Source: Minisyncoccota bacterium
GTDB taxonomy: Bacteria > Patescibacteriota > Minisyncoccia > Phycocordibacterales > UBA2100
Direction: 5' to 3'
NCBI GenBank assembly: GCA_035708165.1
Contig: DASSSZ010000001.1
Span: 25,772 to 89,771 of the forward strand
Length of the DNA stretch: 64,000 nt
Shown piece by piece: positions 19,909-29,938 of this stretch. The notes under the pieces are model-generated. The model was not told the origin of the DNA. It searched no databases and worked only from the letters and a program-made list of their open reading frames with translations. Numbering within the stretch: the first letter of the stretch is position 1; the number at the start of each line of letters is the position of its first letter. A program made the position numbers and the translations under genes.

Positions 19909-21164
19909 GCGTTGTCGCCTGCGACGGCGCCGCTCGTCCAGCACAGCTGGAGCGAGTAGCCGCCGGACGGGCGGGAGATGTGCAGGATATCGCCGACGAG
20001 GAAAAGGTTCGGGATCTTCTTCGAGCGGAACGTGCGCGTATCGACTTCCGAGAGGTCTACGCCGCCGTCCGAGACGACCGCTCGATCCATCCCCATGCGG
20101 CCGACGATCGTGAGCGGGAGCGCCTTCATGACATGCACGAGCGCGCGGCGCTCCTCCTTGGTCACGCTGTGGACCGGCGTCTTCACGTCGGCGATGACGT
20201 GCTGCGCGATGATCGCGTTCGCCATGCCGGCGGGCAGGATGCTCGGCAGCAGGTTCTTCACCTCCTTGTTCTTGTTCGCATCGAATGCCGCGCGCACGCG
20301 CCGCTCGAGCGCGTCGAACTCGGTATCAGGATAGAGGTCGATCGCAGCCGCGACCGGGCCATTCATCAGGAGGTCGCCGACCTGCTTCGCGCTATTGAGA
20401 ATGAGCGGCCCCGAGATGCCGAAGTGCGTGAAGAGGAGCTTGCCCGTCTTGCTGAACGCGCGCTTTCCTTCCGAGTAGAAACTGATCTTCATGAACGAGA
20501 GGGATGTGCCTGCGAGCTGCGGGATCCAATCGTCCGAAGGATCGGTCTCGAGCGGCACGATGCTCGGGTTCGGCTCATGCACCGCGTGCCCGAGCCGCGC
20601 AAGCCAGCGGAAGCCGTCGCCGGTCGAGCCGGTCTCCGGATGGGAGAGGCCGCCGGTCGCGAGCACGACCGAGTGCGGCGCGAAGCGCGTGCCATCCGCG
20701 CAGGTGACCGTCGCGATCGAGCCGTCATCCGAGAGCGAGAGCTCGGTGACGCGCATGTCGGTCTCGACGGCGACGCCGGATTCCTGCATCGCTTTCTTCA
20801 GCAGCTTCGTCACGGCTGGCGCATGCTCGCTCTTGGGGAACATGCGCTGGCGCGCCTGCGTCACGAGCGGCATGCCGCGCGATTCGAAGAACGTACGGGC
20901 CTCTGGCAGCCCGAAGCGGGCGAACGCGCTGAAGAGGAACTCCGACGCATCGCCGTAGCGGGAGAGGAGCGCGCGCACGTCGGGCTCGTCATTCGCGATG
21001 TTGCAGCGGCCGCCGCCCGTGATGTCGAGCTTCGCGCCCACGCGCTGGTTCTTCTCGAGCAGGACGACCGAACGCCCGCGCATCGCTGCGCGGATAGCCG
21101 CCATCATGCCCGCGGGGCCGCCGCCGATCACCAACACATCCGTCTCGCGCGCGGCTTCATTCAT
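19905..21164 (-). CDS. HI0933/BaiN-family NAD(P)/FAD-dependent oxidoreductase
   Basis: VIGGGPAGMMAA, KLDITGGGRCN, ATGGLS.PETGSTGDG, LFTHFGISGP, GGYSLQ. Confidence 0.93.
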   Translation of the reverse strand: MNEAARETDVLVIGGGPAGMMAAIRAAMRGRSVVLLEKNQRVGAKLDITGGGRCNIANDEPDVRALLSRYGDASEFLFSAFARFGLPEARTFFESRGMPLVTQARQRMFPKSEHAPAVTKLLKKAMQESGVAVETDMRVTELSLSDDGSIATVTCADGTRFAPHSVVLATGGLSHPETGSTGDGFRWLARLGHAVHEPNPSIVPLETDPSDDWIPQLAGTSLSFMKISFYSEGKRAFSKTGKLLFTHFGISGPLILNSAKQVGDLLMNGPVAAAIDLYPDTEFDALERRVRAAFDANKNKEVKNLLPSILPAGMANAIIAQHVIADVKTPVHSVTKEERRALVHVMKALPLTIVGRMGMDRAVVSDGGVDLSEVDTRTFRSKKIPNLFLVGDILHISRPSGGYSLQLCWTSGAVAGDNA

Positions 21165-21237
21165 AGGAGATATTGACCCACATAAGAAATCAATGTACTG
21201 TATTTTCAGGAAAAAGAAAGGACTGAAAGGAATCGCA

Positions 21238-21885
21238 GTGCAATCCGCAGTGGATGTCTACGTATTCGCCGCCATGATCCTCAAGGACGATTTCATCTCG
21301 CCCGAAGCCGTCATGCGTGCGCGGTCTCTTGCCTACAGCGATGGCCAGCGGGAGGCGCTCGCGCGGTCGCTGCCATCTCCCGATGAGATCGCCTGGTACC
21401 GCGCTAATGACATGCTCCTCATGCCGGGGCCTCCGAGAGCGATGTCGCTCATCGAGATCCGCGCGCTCAATCCTGATTATTTCTACTTCGATGTGATGCT
21501 CATGGGTGCAGGGCGCGAACACGCTTGGTATGACGAGGAGCCGTTCGCCCGCTCTGAGCGCGCGGGCGCGAGCGGATGGATCGCGTTCAGCACGGCTGCG
21601 CTCCCCGATTCCTTCGAGAGGACGCATGAGGCAGAGGAAGCGAATAGCGTCCGGCCGCTCATGGCGTTCAATGTCGCGGAAGTGGCATGGGTACTTTCGA
21701 CGTACCGGGCAGTCCGCGGCACAAGCCTGCTCGAGGGCACCGATATCCTCACGGCGAGCCGCCACTCGAACGGGCGCAGCGTATTCGTGCGGAGCCTCCC
21801 GCTCCTCATGAGCATCATCTGCTACCGGGATAAAAGCTCGCCCCCGCTCCGGAATCCGGCGGATAGCCGGCAGTACATGGCCTGA
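21238..21885 (+). CDS. Orphan hypothetical protein
   Basis: TTGACC-17-TACTGT promoter, AAGGA SD before GTG, hairpin/T-run after the stop. Confidence 0.6.
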   Translation: MQSAVDVYVFAAMILKDDFISPEAVMRARSLAYSDGQREALARSLPSPDEIAWYRANDMLLMPGPPRAMSLIEIRALNPDYFYFDVMLMGAGREHAWYDEEPFARSERAGASGWIAFSTAALPDSFERTHEAEEANSVRPLMAFNVAEVAWVLSTYRAVRGTSLLEGTDILTASRHSNGRSVFVRSLPLLMSIICYRDKSSPPLRNPADSRQYMA

Positions 21886-21947
21886 TCGCATTCTTCAGCC
21901 CTCGCGCATGCGCGCGAGGGCTTTTCTTCGTGATAAAATCGATGCCT

Positions 21948-23105
21948 ATGCCGCATGAAAGCCTTGATGCGTCCTCGATCGCGCTGCACGAGCAGGCGCA
22001 CGGGAAGATCGGCACGTCACTCAAAGTGCCGCTTGAGGATATGCACGACCTTGCGCTCGCGTATACGCCCGGCGTCGCGGCGGTCTCGAAGCTCCTTGCC
22101 GCGCATCCCGAGCGGGCGCGCGACGTCTCTATCAAGCGCTCGACCGTCGCGATCGTGACGGACGGTTCGGCTGTGCTGGGCTTAGGCAATATCGGCCCTA
22201 TGGGCGCCTTGCCGGTGATGGAAGGGAAGGCAGCGCTCTTCAAGCGCTTCGCGGATATCGATGCGTTCCCGATCTGCCTCGATACGCAGGACACGGAAGA
22301 GATCGTCCGGACCGTGAAGCTGATCGCGCCGGCCTTCGGCGGCATCAACCTCGAGGATATCGCCGCGCCGCGCTGCTTCGAGATCGAGGCGCGGCTGTGC
22401 GCCGAGCTCGCCATCCCGGTCATGCATGATGACCAGCACGGCACGGCCGTCGTCGTCCTTGCGGCGCTCATCAATGCGCTCTCGCTTAGGGGCATGACGG
22501 CGGGGGAGGTGCGCGTCGTCATCAATGGCGCCGGCGCAGCCGGTATCGCCATCACGGATCTCCTGCTCGCGCACGGCGTTACGGATCTCGTGCTCTGCGA
22601 CAGCAAAGGGATCGTGAGCGCCGCGCGCACCGACCTTGCGGGAGAGAAGGCGCGGCTCGCGGCGAAGACGAACCCGCGCACGCTCGTCGGCACCCTCGCG
22701 GACGCGATGCGCGGCGCGGACATCTTCATCGGCGTCTCGAAAGGCGGCCTCGTCTCGGAGGATATGGTCCGTTCGATGCGTGCGCAGCCGGTCATCTTCG
22801 CGATGGCGAACCCGGAACCCGAGATCATGCCGGAGCGTGCGAAGGAAGCCGGCGCGTTCATCGTGGCGACGGGCCGTTCGGATTTCCCGAACCAGGTCAA
22901 TAACGTGCTGGTGTTCCCGGGCGTCTTCCGCGGCGCGCTCGATGCCGGCGTACGCGACATCACGGAACCGATGCTTCTCGCTGCCGCCGCGAATCTCTCG
23001 GCCATGGTGACGGCTCCCGCACCCGAGAAGATCCTTCCCGGTCCGTTCGAGGAGGGGGTGGCCGAAGCAGTCGCTGCTGCGATCCGCGAGAGCGCGGCCG
23101 CGTAG
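21948..23105 (+). CDS. NAD(P)-dependent malic enzyme
   Basis: LAYTPGVA, VTDGSAVLGLGNIG, PVMEGK, INLEDI, HDDQHGTA, NGAGAAG, ATGRSDFPNQVNN. Confidence 0.95.
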   Translation: MPHESLDASSIALHEQAHGKIGTSLKVPLEDMHDLALAYTPGVAAVSKLLAAHPERARDVSIKRSTVAIVTDGSAVLGLGNIGPMGALPVMEGKAALFKRFADIDAFPICLDTQDTEEIVRTVKLIAPAFGGINLEDIAAPRCFEIEARLCAELAIPVMHDDQHGTAVVVLAALINALSLRGMTAGEVRVVINGAGAAGIAITDLLLAHGVTDLVLCDSKGIVSAARTDLAGEKARLAAKTNPRTLVGTLADAMRGADIFIGVSKGGLVSEDMVRSMRAQPVIFAMANPEPEIMPERAKEAGAFIVATGRSDFPNQVNNVLVFPGVFRGALDAGVRDITEPMLLAAAANLSAMVTAPAPEKILPGPFEEGVAEAVAAAIRESAAA

Positions 23106-23288
23106 CCGGGGAGGGCCTGTACTCGGGCGGCTCTCTGTGGTATGATTGCGCCGCAATCCCCTGACGCGTGTCACCCGGCCTGAAACAGACAGACGAGGAA
23201 GACAGGCAGCCTTGCGCTCAAGGCATACGGGAGACGGTTGCGTTACTCCGCGGCTCTGAGCGATGCGAGCCCATCACTGGATACCATA

Positions 23289-24569
23289 ATGAATGAACGC
23301 ACAGGTCGCGGGACGCGTTCCCGCGGATCACGCCGCTTCGGAAGCGGTGATGGCGATTATCAGCAGCGACGCGGCGGCGGGCGCGGCAGGGGCCGCACCG
23401 ACGGGAGCCGCGGCTTCGGCATGCGCGGCGGCCGCTCGCGCGGGCGCAGCCGCGAGCAGGGGCAGTACATCGACCCCGCCAAGTTCGTGAACAAGGCGAT
23501 GCCGGTCGAAGAGACCGCATACGTGCCGCAGCACCGCTTCATGGATTTCGATCTCGATGAGCGCGTGAAGGCGGCGATCGCCTCGCGCGGCTATGACACG
23601 CCGACAGCGATCCAGGACCAGTCGATCGAGCTCACGCTCGAGGGCAAGGACGTGGTCGGCATCGCCGACACGGGCTCCGGCAAGACCGGCGCATTCCTCA
23701 TCCCGCTCATCGACAAGGTCGTGCGCGGCACGGGCGAGCATGTGCTTATCATGGCGCCGACGCGCGAGCTCGCGATTCAGATCGAGGATGAGCTCAAGCT
23801 CCTCGGCAAGACGCTCAGCATCTACTCGGCGTGCTGCGTGGGCGGCGCGAACATCAACCCGCAGCTGAAGGCGCTCTCGCGCGACCCGCACTTCGTGATC
23901 GGCACGCCGGGCCGCCTCAAGGACCTGATCGAGCGCGATGCGCTCGACCTCTCCGCATTTCACTCGGTCGTCCTCGACGAGGCGGACCGCATGCTCGACA
24001 TGGGCTTCATCGCCGACATGCGCCAGATCCTGGGCCTGACGCCCGCCGATCGCCAGACGCTCTTCTTCTCGGCCACGCTGAGCCCTGAGATCGAGCGCCT
24101 GATCGGTGAGTTCCTCCGGGACCCGGTGCGCGTCTCGCTCAAGACCCGCGACACGTCGCGCAACGTCGAGCAGGACGTCATCCGCGTCCCGCGCGGCGCC
24201 GACAAGTTCGAGCTGCTCGACCTCGTGCTCCAGAAGCCGGAGGTGCAGAAGGTGATCGTCTTCGGCCGCACCAAGCACGGCGTGGAGAAGCTCACCCGCA
24301 TGCTGCAGCGCGAAGGATACCCGGCGGTCTCCATCCACGGGAACAAGTCGCAGGGGCAGCGTCAGCGCGCGCTCAAGCAGTTCAAGGACGAGGTCGCGAA
24401 GATCCTCGTGGCGACCGACGTCGCCGCGCGCGGACTCGATATCCCGGACGTGACGCACGTCATCAACTACGACCTGCCGACGACGCATGATGATTATGTG
24501 CACCGCATCGGCCGCACCGGCCGCGGCTCTGCCCGCGGGACGGCGTGGACCTTCCTCGACGAGGCGTAA
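23289..24569 (+). CDS. DEAD-box RNA helicase with RG-rich N-terminus
   Basis: TGSGKT, PTRELA, TPGRL, LDEADRMLDMGF, SAT, ARGLD, HRIGRTGR. Confidence 0.96.
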   Translation: MNERTGRGTRSRGSRRFGSGDGDYQQRRGGGRGRGRTDGSRGFGMRGGRSRGRSREQGQYIDPAKFVNKAMPVEETAYVPQHRFMDFDLDERVKAAIASRGYDTPTAIQDQSIELTLEGKDVVGIADTGSGKTGAFLIPLIDKVVRGTGEHVLIMAPTRELAIQIEDELKLLGKTLSIYSACCVGGANINPQLKALSRDPHFVIGTPGRLKDLIERDALDLSAFHSVVLDEADRMLDMGFIADMRQILGLTPADRQTLFFSATLSPEIERLIGEFLRDPVRVSLKTRDTSRNVEQDVIRVPRGADKFELLDLVLQKPEVQKVIVFGRTKHGVEKLTRMLQREGYPAVSIHGNKSQGQRQRALKQFKDEVAKILVATDVAARGLDIPDVTHVINYDLPTTHDDYVHRIGRTGRGSARGTAWTFLDEA

Positions 24570-24590
24570 GCGGGAAAGGGCTCGCAAAGG

Positions 24591-24622
24591 AAGCGGCGGC
24601 ACTCGGTGCCGCCGCTTCTTTT
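24591..24622 (+). terminator. Intrinsic terminator
   Basis: AAGCGGCGGCAC-TCG-GTGCCGCCGCTT-CTTTT. Confidence 0.75.
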
Positions 24623-24663
24623 GCCATTGGGCGATGCGCGGCGCCCTGCTATAGTGTGCCGGT

Positions 24664-25158
24664 ATGCATCCGGACGCTGAGGCGAAGGCGATCGACACGC
24701 GCTTCCTCCTGCAGGTAGTGCAGCCGGGGCTCGCCGGCCTCATGGACGGCTCCGTCTCGACGCTCGCGCCGATCTTCGCCGCGGCATTCGCGACGATGGA
24801 TACGCGCGTCGCGTTCCTCATCGGCATCTCGGCCGCCACGGGCGCAGGCATCTCCATGGCCTTCGCCGAGGCGCTCTCGGACACGGGCACGGAGACAGGG
24901 CGCGGGCACCCGCTCATCCGCGGCGGCATCATCGGCGCGATGACGTTCCTCGGCGGCATCTTCCACACGCTGCCGTTCCTCATCCCCGACCTGCGCCTCG
25001 CGCTCGCGCTCGCATTCGCCGTCGTCGCGCTCGAGCTGATGGCGATCGCGTACATCCGCTACCATTTCTTCAGGATGAGCTTCTGGCTCTCGGTCCTGCA
25101 GGTGGTGATCGGCGGGGTGCTGGTGCTCGCTGCCGGCCTCCTCATCGGCAGCGCATGA
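24664..25158 (+). CDS. VIT1/CCC1-family membrane protein
   Basis: QPGLAGLMDGSVSTLAP, GAGISMAFAEALSD, GGIFHTLPFL. Confidence 0.88.
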   Translation: MHPDAEAKAIDTRFLLQVVQPGLAGLMDGSVSTLAPIFAAAFATMDTRVAFLIGISAATGAGISMAFAEALSDTGTETGRGHPLIRGGIIGAMTFLGGIFHTLPFLIPDLRLALALAFAVVALELMAIAYIRYHFFRMSFWLSVLQVVIGGVLVLAAGLLIGSA

Positions 25159-25180
25159 TCGGGGCGGTATACTTGCCGGC

Positions 25181-25630
25181 ATGAAGCGCGCGCACGGCAA
25201 GGATGCGAAGGCGACCGTACTGGGGACGGCTGCTGAGACGCGCTTCGCGGCGCCCTTGTACGCCTCGCAGCCGGCAGCCGGCTTCCCTGCGCCGGGGGAT
25301 GACGCGATCGAGCGCTCGCTCGATATCCACGACCTCCTCGTGCGGCACCCCGCATCGACCTTCTTCGTGCGCGTCTCAGGCGAATCCATGGAAGGCGCCG
25401 GCATCTTCGATGGCGATGTGCTCTCGGTGGATCGCGCGCTCGAGGCGCGTGACGGGCACATCGTCGTGGCCGCCGTATTCGGCGAGCTGGTCGTGAAGCG
25501 GCTGGCATCCCGCGGCGGGAAGCGCTTTCTCGTCTCCGAGCATGAAGGCTATCAGCCGATTGCGGTGGATGGGGCGGACGATTGCGTGATCTGGGGCGTC
25601 GTGACCGGCTCCGTGCGCCAGTTCCTCTGA
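25181..25630 (+). CDS. umuD: UmuD-like S24 peptidase (Pol V accessory subunit)
   Basis: AAGFPAP cleavage site, HPASTFFVRVSGESM (Ser), VVKRL (Lys), WGVV. Confidence 0.9.
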   Translation: MKRAHGKDAKATVLGTAAETRFAAPLYASQPAAGFPAPGDDAIERSLDIHDLLVRHPASTFFVRVSGESMEGAGIFDGDVLSVDRALEARDGHIVVAAVFGELVVKRLASRGGKRFLVSEHEGYQPIAVDGADDCVIWGVVTGSVRQFL

Positions 25631-25673
25631 GCGGCTTCATCCTCGCCCGCGGCCGGATTGCTATACTGAGGGC

Positions 25674-26924
25674 ATGTACGGCCTCATGGATTGCAACAAT
25701 TTCTTCGTCTCGTGCGAGCGGCTCTTCCGGCCGGATCTCGCGAAGAAGCCTGTCGCCGTGCTCTCGAGCAACGACGGGTGCATCGTGGCGCGAAGCCAGG
25801 AAGTGAAGGATCTCGGCGTGCCGATGGGCATCCCGTACTTTCAGGTGAAGGAGCTCTGCCGCACGGAAGGCATCACGCTCTTCTCCTCGAATTTCACGCT
25901 TTACCGGGACATCTCCGCGCGCGTGATGACGGAGCTCCGGGCGATCGCGGAGAGCGTCGAGGTCTACTCGGTGGATGAAGCGTTCTTCCGCGTACCGGAT
26001 AGCGCCACCGAAGGGCAGCTGCGCGCGATGCGCGAGCGGCTGGTGCAGGCGGTAGGAATCCCGGTTTCGATCGGCGTCGCGCCGACGAAGACCCTCGCGA
26101 AGCATGCGGCGGGTATCGCCAAGAAGGAGCGCGACGGCCCGGGCGTCCATATCCTCGACATGCAGGCGTGGCCCACGGACGCGAAGGATGTCCAGGCGAG
26201 CGGCATCTGGGGCATCGGCAGGCAGACCAGCCAGGCGCTGCGCGCCCATGGGATAGAGACGGTGGCGGAGCTCCTCGCCGCCGACCGCGCCTTCATCCGC
26301 ACGCTCCTGGGGGTCGGCGGCGTGCGCATCCGCGAGGAGCTTTCCGGCACTCCGGTGCTCGCCGGCAACGAGCGCGACGTGCAGGGGAGCATCGTGAGCT
26401 CGCGATCGTTCCGGAAGGCGGTGACGGACCTCGCCACGCTCGAATCCGCGATCGGCTATCATGTCTCGGCGATCGCCGAAGAGCTCCGCCGCGAAGGCTG
26501 GCGCGCGACGCGGCTCTCCGTTTCCATCCGGCCGAGCCTGCACGGGCCTCGCGCCGGATTCGGCCGCTCCCGCGACGTGCTCCTCGCGGAACCCACTGCC
26601 GGCACGCACGCGCTCTTGGCCGAAGCGCTCGGCGCCGTGCGCGCGATATTCGTGCCCGGTACGCCCTACAAGAAAGCAGGCGTCGCCGTGGGCGGCATTA
26701 TGCCGGATGCATCGGTCACGCAGCCGCTCTTCGTCGAGGATACGGCTGCGCGGCGCGCGGGTGCGCTCGATGGGGTGATAGACGCGCTGAACGCGCGGTT
26801 CGGCCGCGGCACGGTGGCAAGCGCAGTCGTGATGGGGACGGAGCGGTGGGCTGCATCCGCAGAACGCCGCTCGCCGGCCTATACGACCGACTGGGACGCG
26901 CTCGCGACCGCGAAGGCGGCGTGA
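25674..26924 (+). CDS. umuC: UmuC-like Y-family DNA polymerase
   Basis: DCNNFFVSCE, VLSSNDGC, SSNFTLY, YSVDE, YKKAGV, C-terminal SPAYTTDW. Confidence 0.93.
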   Translation: MYGLMDCNNFFVSCERLFRPDLAKKPVAVLSSNDGCIVARSQEVKDLGVPMGIPYFQVKELCRTEGITLFSSNFTLYRDISARVMTELRAIAESVEVYSVDEAFFRVPDSATEGQLRAMRERLVQAVGIPVSIGVAPTKTLAKHAAGIAKKERDGPGVHILDMQAWPTDAKDVQASGIWGIGRQTSQALRAHGIETVAELLAADRAFIRTLLGVGGVRIREELSGTPVLAGNERDVQGSIVSSRSFRKAVTDLATLESAIGYHVSAIAEELRREGWRATRLSVSIRPSLHGPRAGFGRSRDVLLAEPTAGTHALLAEALGAVRAIFVPGTPYKKAGVAVGGIMPDASVTQPLFVEDTAARRAGALDGVIDALNARFGRGTVASAVVMGTERWAASAERRSPAYTTDWDALATAKAA

Positions 26925-26971
26925 TGGGGATAACCCGTTTGCGGATGCGGGCGCCGGGCGTATCGTGTAAG

Positions 26972-27042
26972 AGGCTGCCGGTTCACTCCCTCCCGGCTGC
27001 CGTGTCAGGACTCGCCGGCCACGATCGTGGCCGGTCTTTTTT
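26972..27042 (+). ncRNA. Putative small RNA 1 (C-rich loop hairpin plus terminator)
   Basis: TTGCGG-16-TATCGT promoter, GCCGG-TTCACTCCCTC-CCGGC hairpin, terminator with T6, no ORF. Confidence 0.5.
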
Positions 27043-27081
27043 GCGCGTCCTTGCGCGCGAGTGCGAGCGGCGCTACTATAC

Positions 27082-27209
27082 GGACGGATGCTGCCGCTTG
27101 GATGGGCCAGTCCGCTCCTCCCGGCACAACTCGTTCGCGGCAGTGTCCTCCCCTGGTTGGTTCATAAGAACGCAACTCAACCGCCCTCTTGGCCAGAGGG
27201 CGGTCTTTT
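27082..27209 (+). ncRNA. Putative small RNA 2 (long hairpin with CTCCTCCC loop plus terminator)
   Basis: TTGCGC-17-TACTAT promoter, 12-bp stem 27086-97/27137-48 with G-U pairs, ACCGCCCTCT/AGAGGGCGGT terminator, no ORF. Confidence 0.55.
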
Positions 27210-27227
27210 CTGTAGAATCATTCCATC

Positions 27228-27998
27228 ATGACTCATGCCAAGAGGCGGGATACGGGCTGGGGCGCGATCGCCGCAGGGTATGCGGACGGATTCACCGGCA
27301 AGGGGGATTCGTACCATGCGCGCGTGATCCTGCCCGGCGTGCTGCGGCTCATCGATCCTTCGGCGTACCGCCGCGTGCTCGAGGTCGGCTGCGGGGATGG
27401 CTTCTTCGCCGCCGCGCTCGCTGAGGCGGGCGCCGAGGTCGCCGCGTGCGATATCGCCGCACCCATGATCGAAGCGGCGAAGAAGCGCAGCAGCGCCGTC
27501 GAGTGGGCCGTCGCGCCTGCGAACGACCTCTCGCGCTGGCAGGACGAATCGTTCGACGCCGTCCTGATCGCGCTCGCGCTCCAGAACATCGAGGATTACC
27601 AGGGCGCGATCGCGGAAGCGGCGCGCGTGCTTGCGGAAGCGGGCGAGCTCATCCTCATCCTCAACCATCCGGCATTCCGCATCCCGCAGAAGAGCAGCTG
27701 GGGCTGGGATGAGGAGACTGGCACGCAGTATCGCCGCGTGGACGGATACCTCTCGGAGAGCCGCGCTACCATCGATATGGATCCGGGGAAGGGGACGGGC
27801 GCGCACCGCACGACGATCTCGTTCCACCGGCCGCTGCAGGTCTATGGGAAGGCGCTCGCGAAGCACGGCTTCGCCATCGCGGGCATCGAGGAGTGGATCT
27901 CGGACAGGGAGAGCCAGCCGGGCCCGCGCGCTGCCGCGGAGAACGGCGCCCGCAAGGAATTCCCGCTCTTCCTCATGCTCCGCGCCGTGAAGATTTGA
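27228..27998 (+). CDS. Class I SAM-dependent methyltransferase
   Basis: VLEVGCGDG, CDIA, ESFDAV, LNHPAF. Confidence 0.9.
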   Translation: MTHAKRRDTGWGAIAAGYADGFTGKGDSYHARVILPGVLRLIDPSAYRRVLEVGCGDGFFAAALAEAGAEVAACDIAAPMIEAAKKRSSAVEWAVAPANDLSRWQDESFDAVLIALALQNIEDYQGAIAEAARVLAEAGELILILNHPAFRIPQKSSWGWDEETGTQYRRVDGYLSESRATIDMDPGKGTGAHRTTISFHRPLQVYGKALAKHGFAIAGIEEWISDRESQPGPRAAAENGARKEFPLFLMLRAVKI

Positions 27999-28058
27999 CG
28001 TTTCGGCCCGCGCGTCGTATTCTTTGCCCATCAACGCCGCCAGGCATTTTTTATTTGC

Positions 28059-29861
28059 ATGACTGAAATCAGGAACATCGCCATCATCGCGCACGTGGAC
28101 CACGGCAAGACGACGCTCACCGATGCGCTTCTGGCGCAGACGAACGCGCCGGGCGCCGGCGTCTCCATGGACTCCGACTCGCTCGAGAAGGAGCGCGGGA
28201 TCACCATCTATTCGAAGAACGCGTCCGTCGCGTACAAGGGCACGAAGATCAACATCGTGGATACGCCGGGGCACGCAGATTTCGGCGGCGAGGTGGAGCG
28301 CGTGCTGCGCTCGATCGACTCGGTGCTCCTGGTCGTGGACGCGCAGGAGGGCCCGATGCCGCAGACGCGCTTCGTGCTGAAGAAGAGCCTCGAGCTCGGC
28401 CTCAAGCCGATCGTCGTCATCAATAAGATCGACAAGCCGGCAGCCGATCCGGCGCGTTGCGAAGAACAGGTCCTCGAGCTCTTCCTCGAGCTGGGCGCCT
28501 CCGATGCGCAGGCGGATTTCCCCATCGTGTACGCGATCGGCCGCGAGGGCGTCGCGATGCGGCACCTCGATGATCCGCGCGCGGACCTCACGCCGCTCCT
28601 CGATGCCATCATCGAATTCGTGCCGGTCGCGAGCTCTCCCGAGCATGCCGCATCGCCCCTGCGCTTCCAGCCGTTCAACCTCGCGTACGATAACTTCCTC
28701 GGCCGCATGGCGATCGGCCGCATCTACGACGGCGTGCTGAAGACGGGTGCGAACGTCATCGTGAAAGGCGCCGATGGCGCGAGCCGCGCAGGCAAGATCA
28801 CGAAGCTCTACACTTTCGACGGCCTCGAGCGCCGCGATGAGGCGGAGGCCGAGTCCGGCGACATCGTCATGATGGCCGGCGTGGCGGATATCGATATCGG
28901 CGAGACGGTCTGCGACAGCGCGGCCACCGAGCCCCTGCCGGCGATCACCGTGGATGAGCCGACCATTTCCATGACCTTCCGCGTGAACGATTCGCCGTTC
29001 GCCGGAAAGGACGGCAAGTTCGTGACGAGCCGCCAGATCCGCGAGTACCTCGAGCGCGAGCTCGAGGTGAACGTGGGGCTGCGCGTGGATTTCACGAACG
29101 CGGACGCATTCAAGGTCTACGGCCGCGGCGAGCTTCACATCGCGATCCTGCTCGAGAACATGCGCCGCGCCGGCTACGAGCTCTCGGTCAGCAAGCCCGA
29201 AGTCATCATCCGCACGGACGAGGCGGGGCACAAGCTCGAGCCGTTCGAGGAAGTCATCATCGACACGCCGGCCGAGTACCAGGGCGCCATCATCGAGCGC
29301 CTGGGGCAGCGTGCATTCATCCTGCAGAATCTCGAGAATCGCGACGAGCAGGTGCGCCTCACGCTCGAAGGGCCGACGCGCGGGCTTCTCGGCTATCGCA
29401 CGCAGTTCATCATCGATACGAAGGGAGAGGGCATCATGTCCTCGCGCGTGATCGGCTTTAAGCCGTACGCCGGCGAGATCAGGCGCCGCGCCGTCGGCTC
29501 CATGACCTCGATGGCCAGCGGGAAGGCGCTTGCCTTCGCGCTCTGGGGCCTGCAGGACCGCGGACAGCTCTACATCGGCCCGGGGACGGAAGTCTACGAA
29601 GGCATGATCATCGGCAACACCAGCAAGGGCGAGGAGATGGTCGCGAACCCGACCAAGGGAAAGCAGCTCACCAATATGCGTGCCTCAGGGTCTGACGAAG
29701 CCATCATGCTCACGCCGCCGTGGGAGATCACCATCGAGCGCGGGCTCGAGGTCATGACGGATGACGAATACCTTGAGATCACGCCGCACTTCACGCGCCT
29801 GCGCAAGCAGCACCTGACCGAGACGGACCGCGCACGCGCGTCCCGCACCAAGAAGGATTAA
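28059..29861 (+). CDS. typA: Translational GTPase TypA/BipA
   Basis: [45 protein letters not shown]. Confidence 0.97.
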   Translation: MTEIRNIAIIAHVDHGKTTLTDALLAQTNAPGAGVSMDSDSLEKERGITIYSKNASVAYKGTKINIVDTPGHADFGGEVERVLRSIDSVLLVVDAQEGPMPQTRFVLKKSLELGLKPIVVINKIDKPAADPARCEEQVLELFLELGASDAQADFPIVYAIGREGVAMRHLDDPRADLTPLLDAIIEFVPVASSPEHAASPLRFQPFNLAYDNFLGRMAIGRIYDGVLKTGANVIVKGADGASRAGKITKLYTFDGLERRDEAEAESGDIVMMAGVADIDIGETVCDSAATEPLPAITVDEPTISMTFRVNDSPFAGKDGKFVTSRQIREYLERELEVNVGLRVDFTNADAFKVYGRGELHIAILLENMRRAGYELSVSKPEVIIRTDEAGHKLEPFEEVIIDTPAEYQGAIIERLGQRAFILQNLENRDEQVRLTLEGPTRGLLGYRTQFIIDTKGEGIMSSRVIGFKPYAGEIRRRAVGSMTSMASGKALAFALWGLQDRGQLYIGPGTEVYEGMIIGNTSKGEEMVANPTKGKQLTNMRASGSDEAIMLTPPWEITIERGLEVMTDDEYLEITPHFTRLRKQHLTETDRARASRTKKD

Positions 29862-29938
29862 TCCCCTTGACCGCGCTGCGGCCCGGGCGTTCACTCAGGA
29901 GAGGAGCCTGCGGAGGCTCGGATCAGAGGGGACTACTG

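Noticed and set aside
27082-27209. 6S RNA or SRP RNA identity for putative sRNA 2
   Set aside because: Too short and lacking the central bubble for 6S; no SRP helix-8 GGAA tetraloop motif
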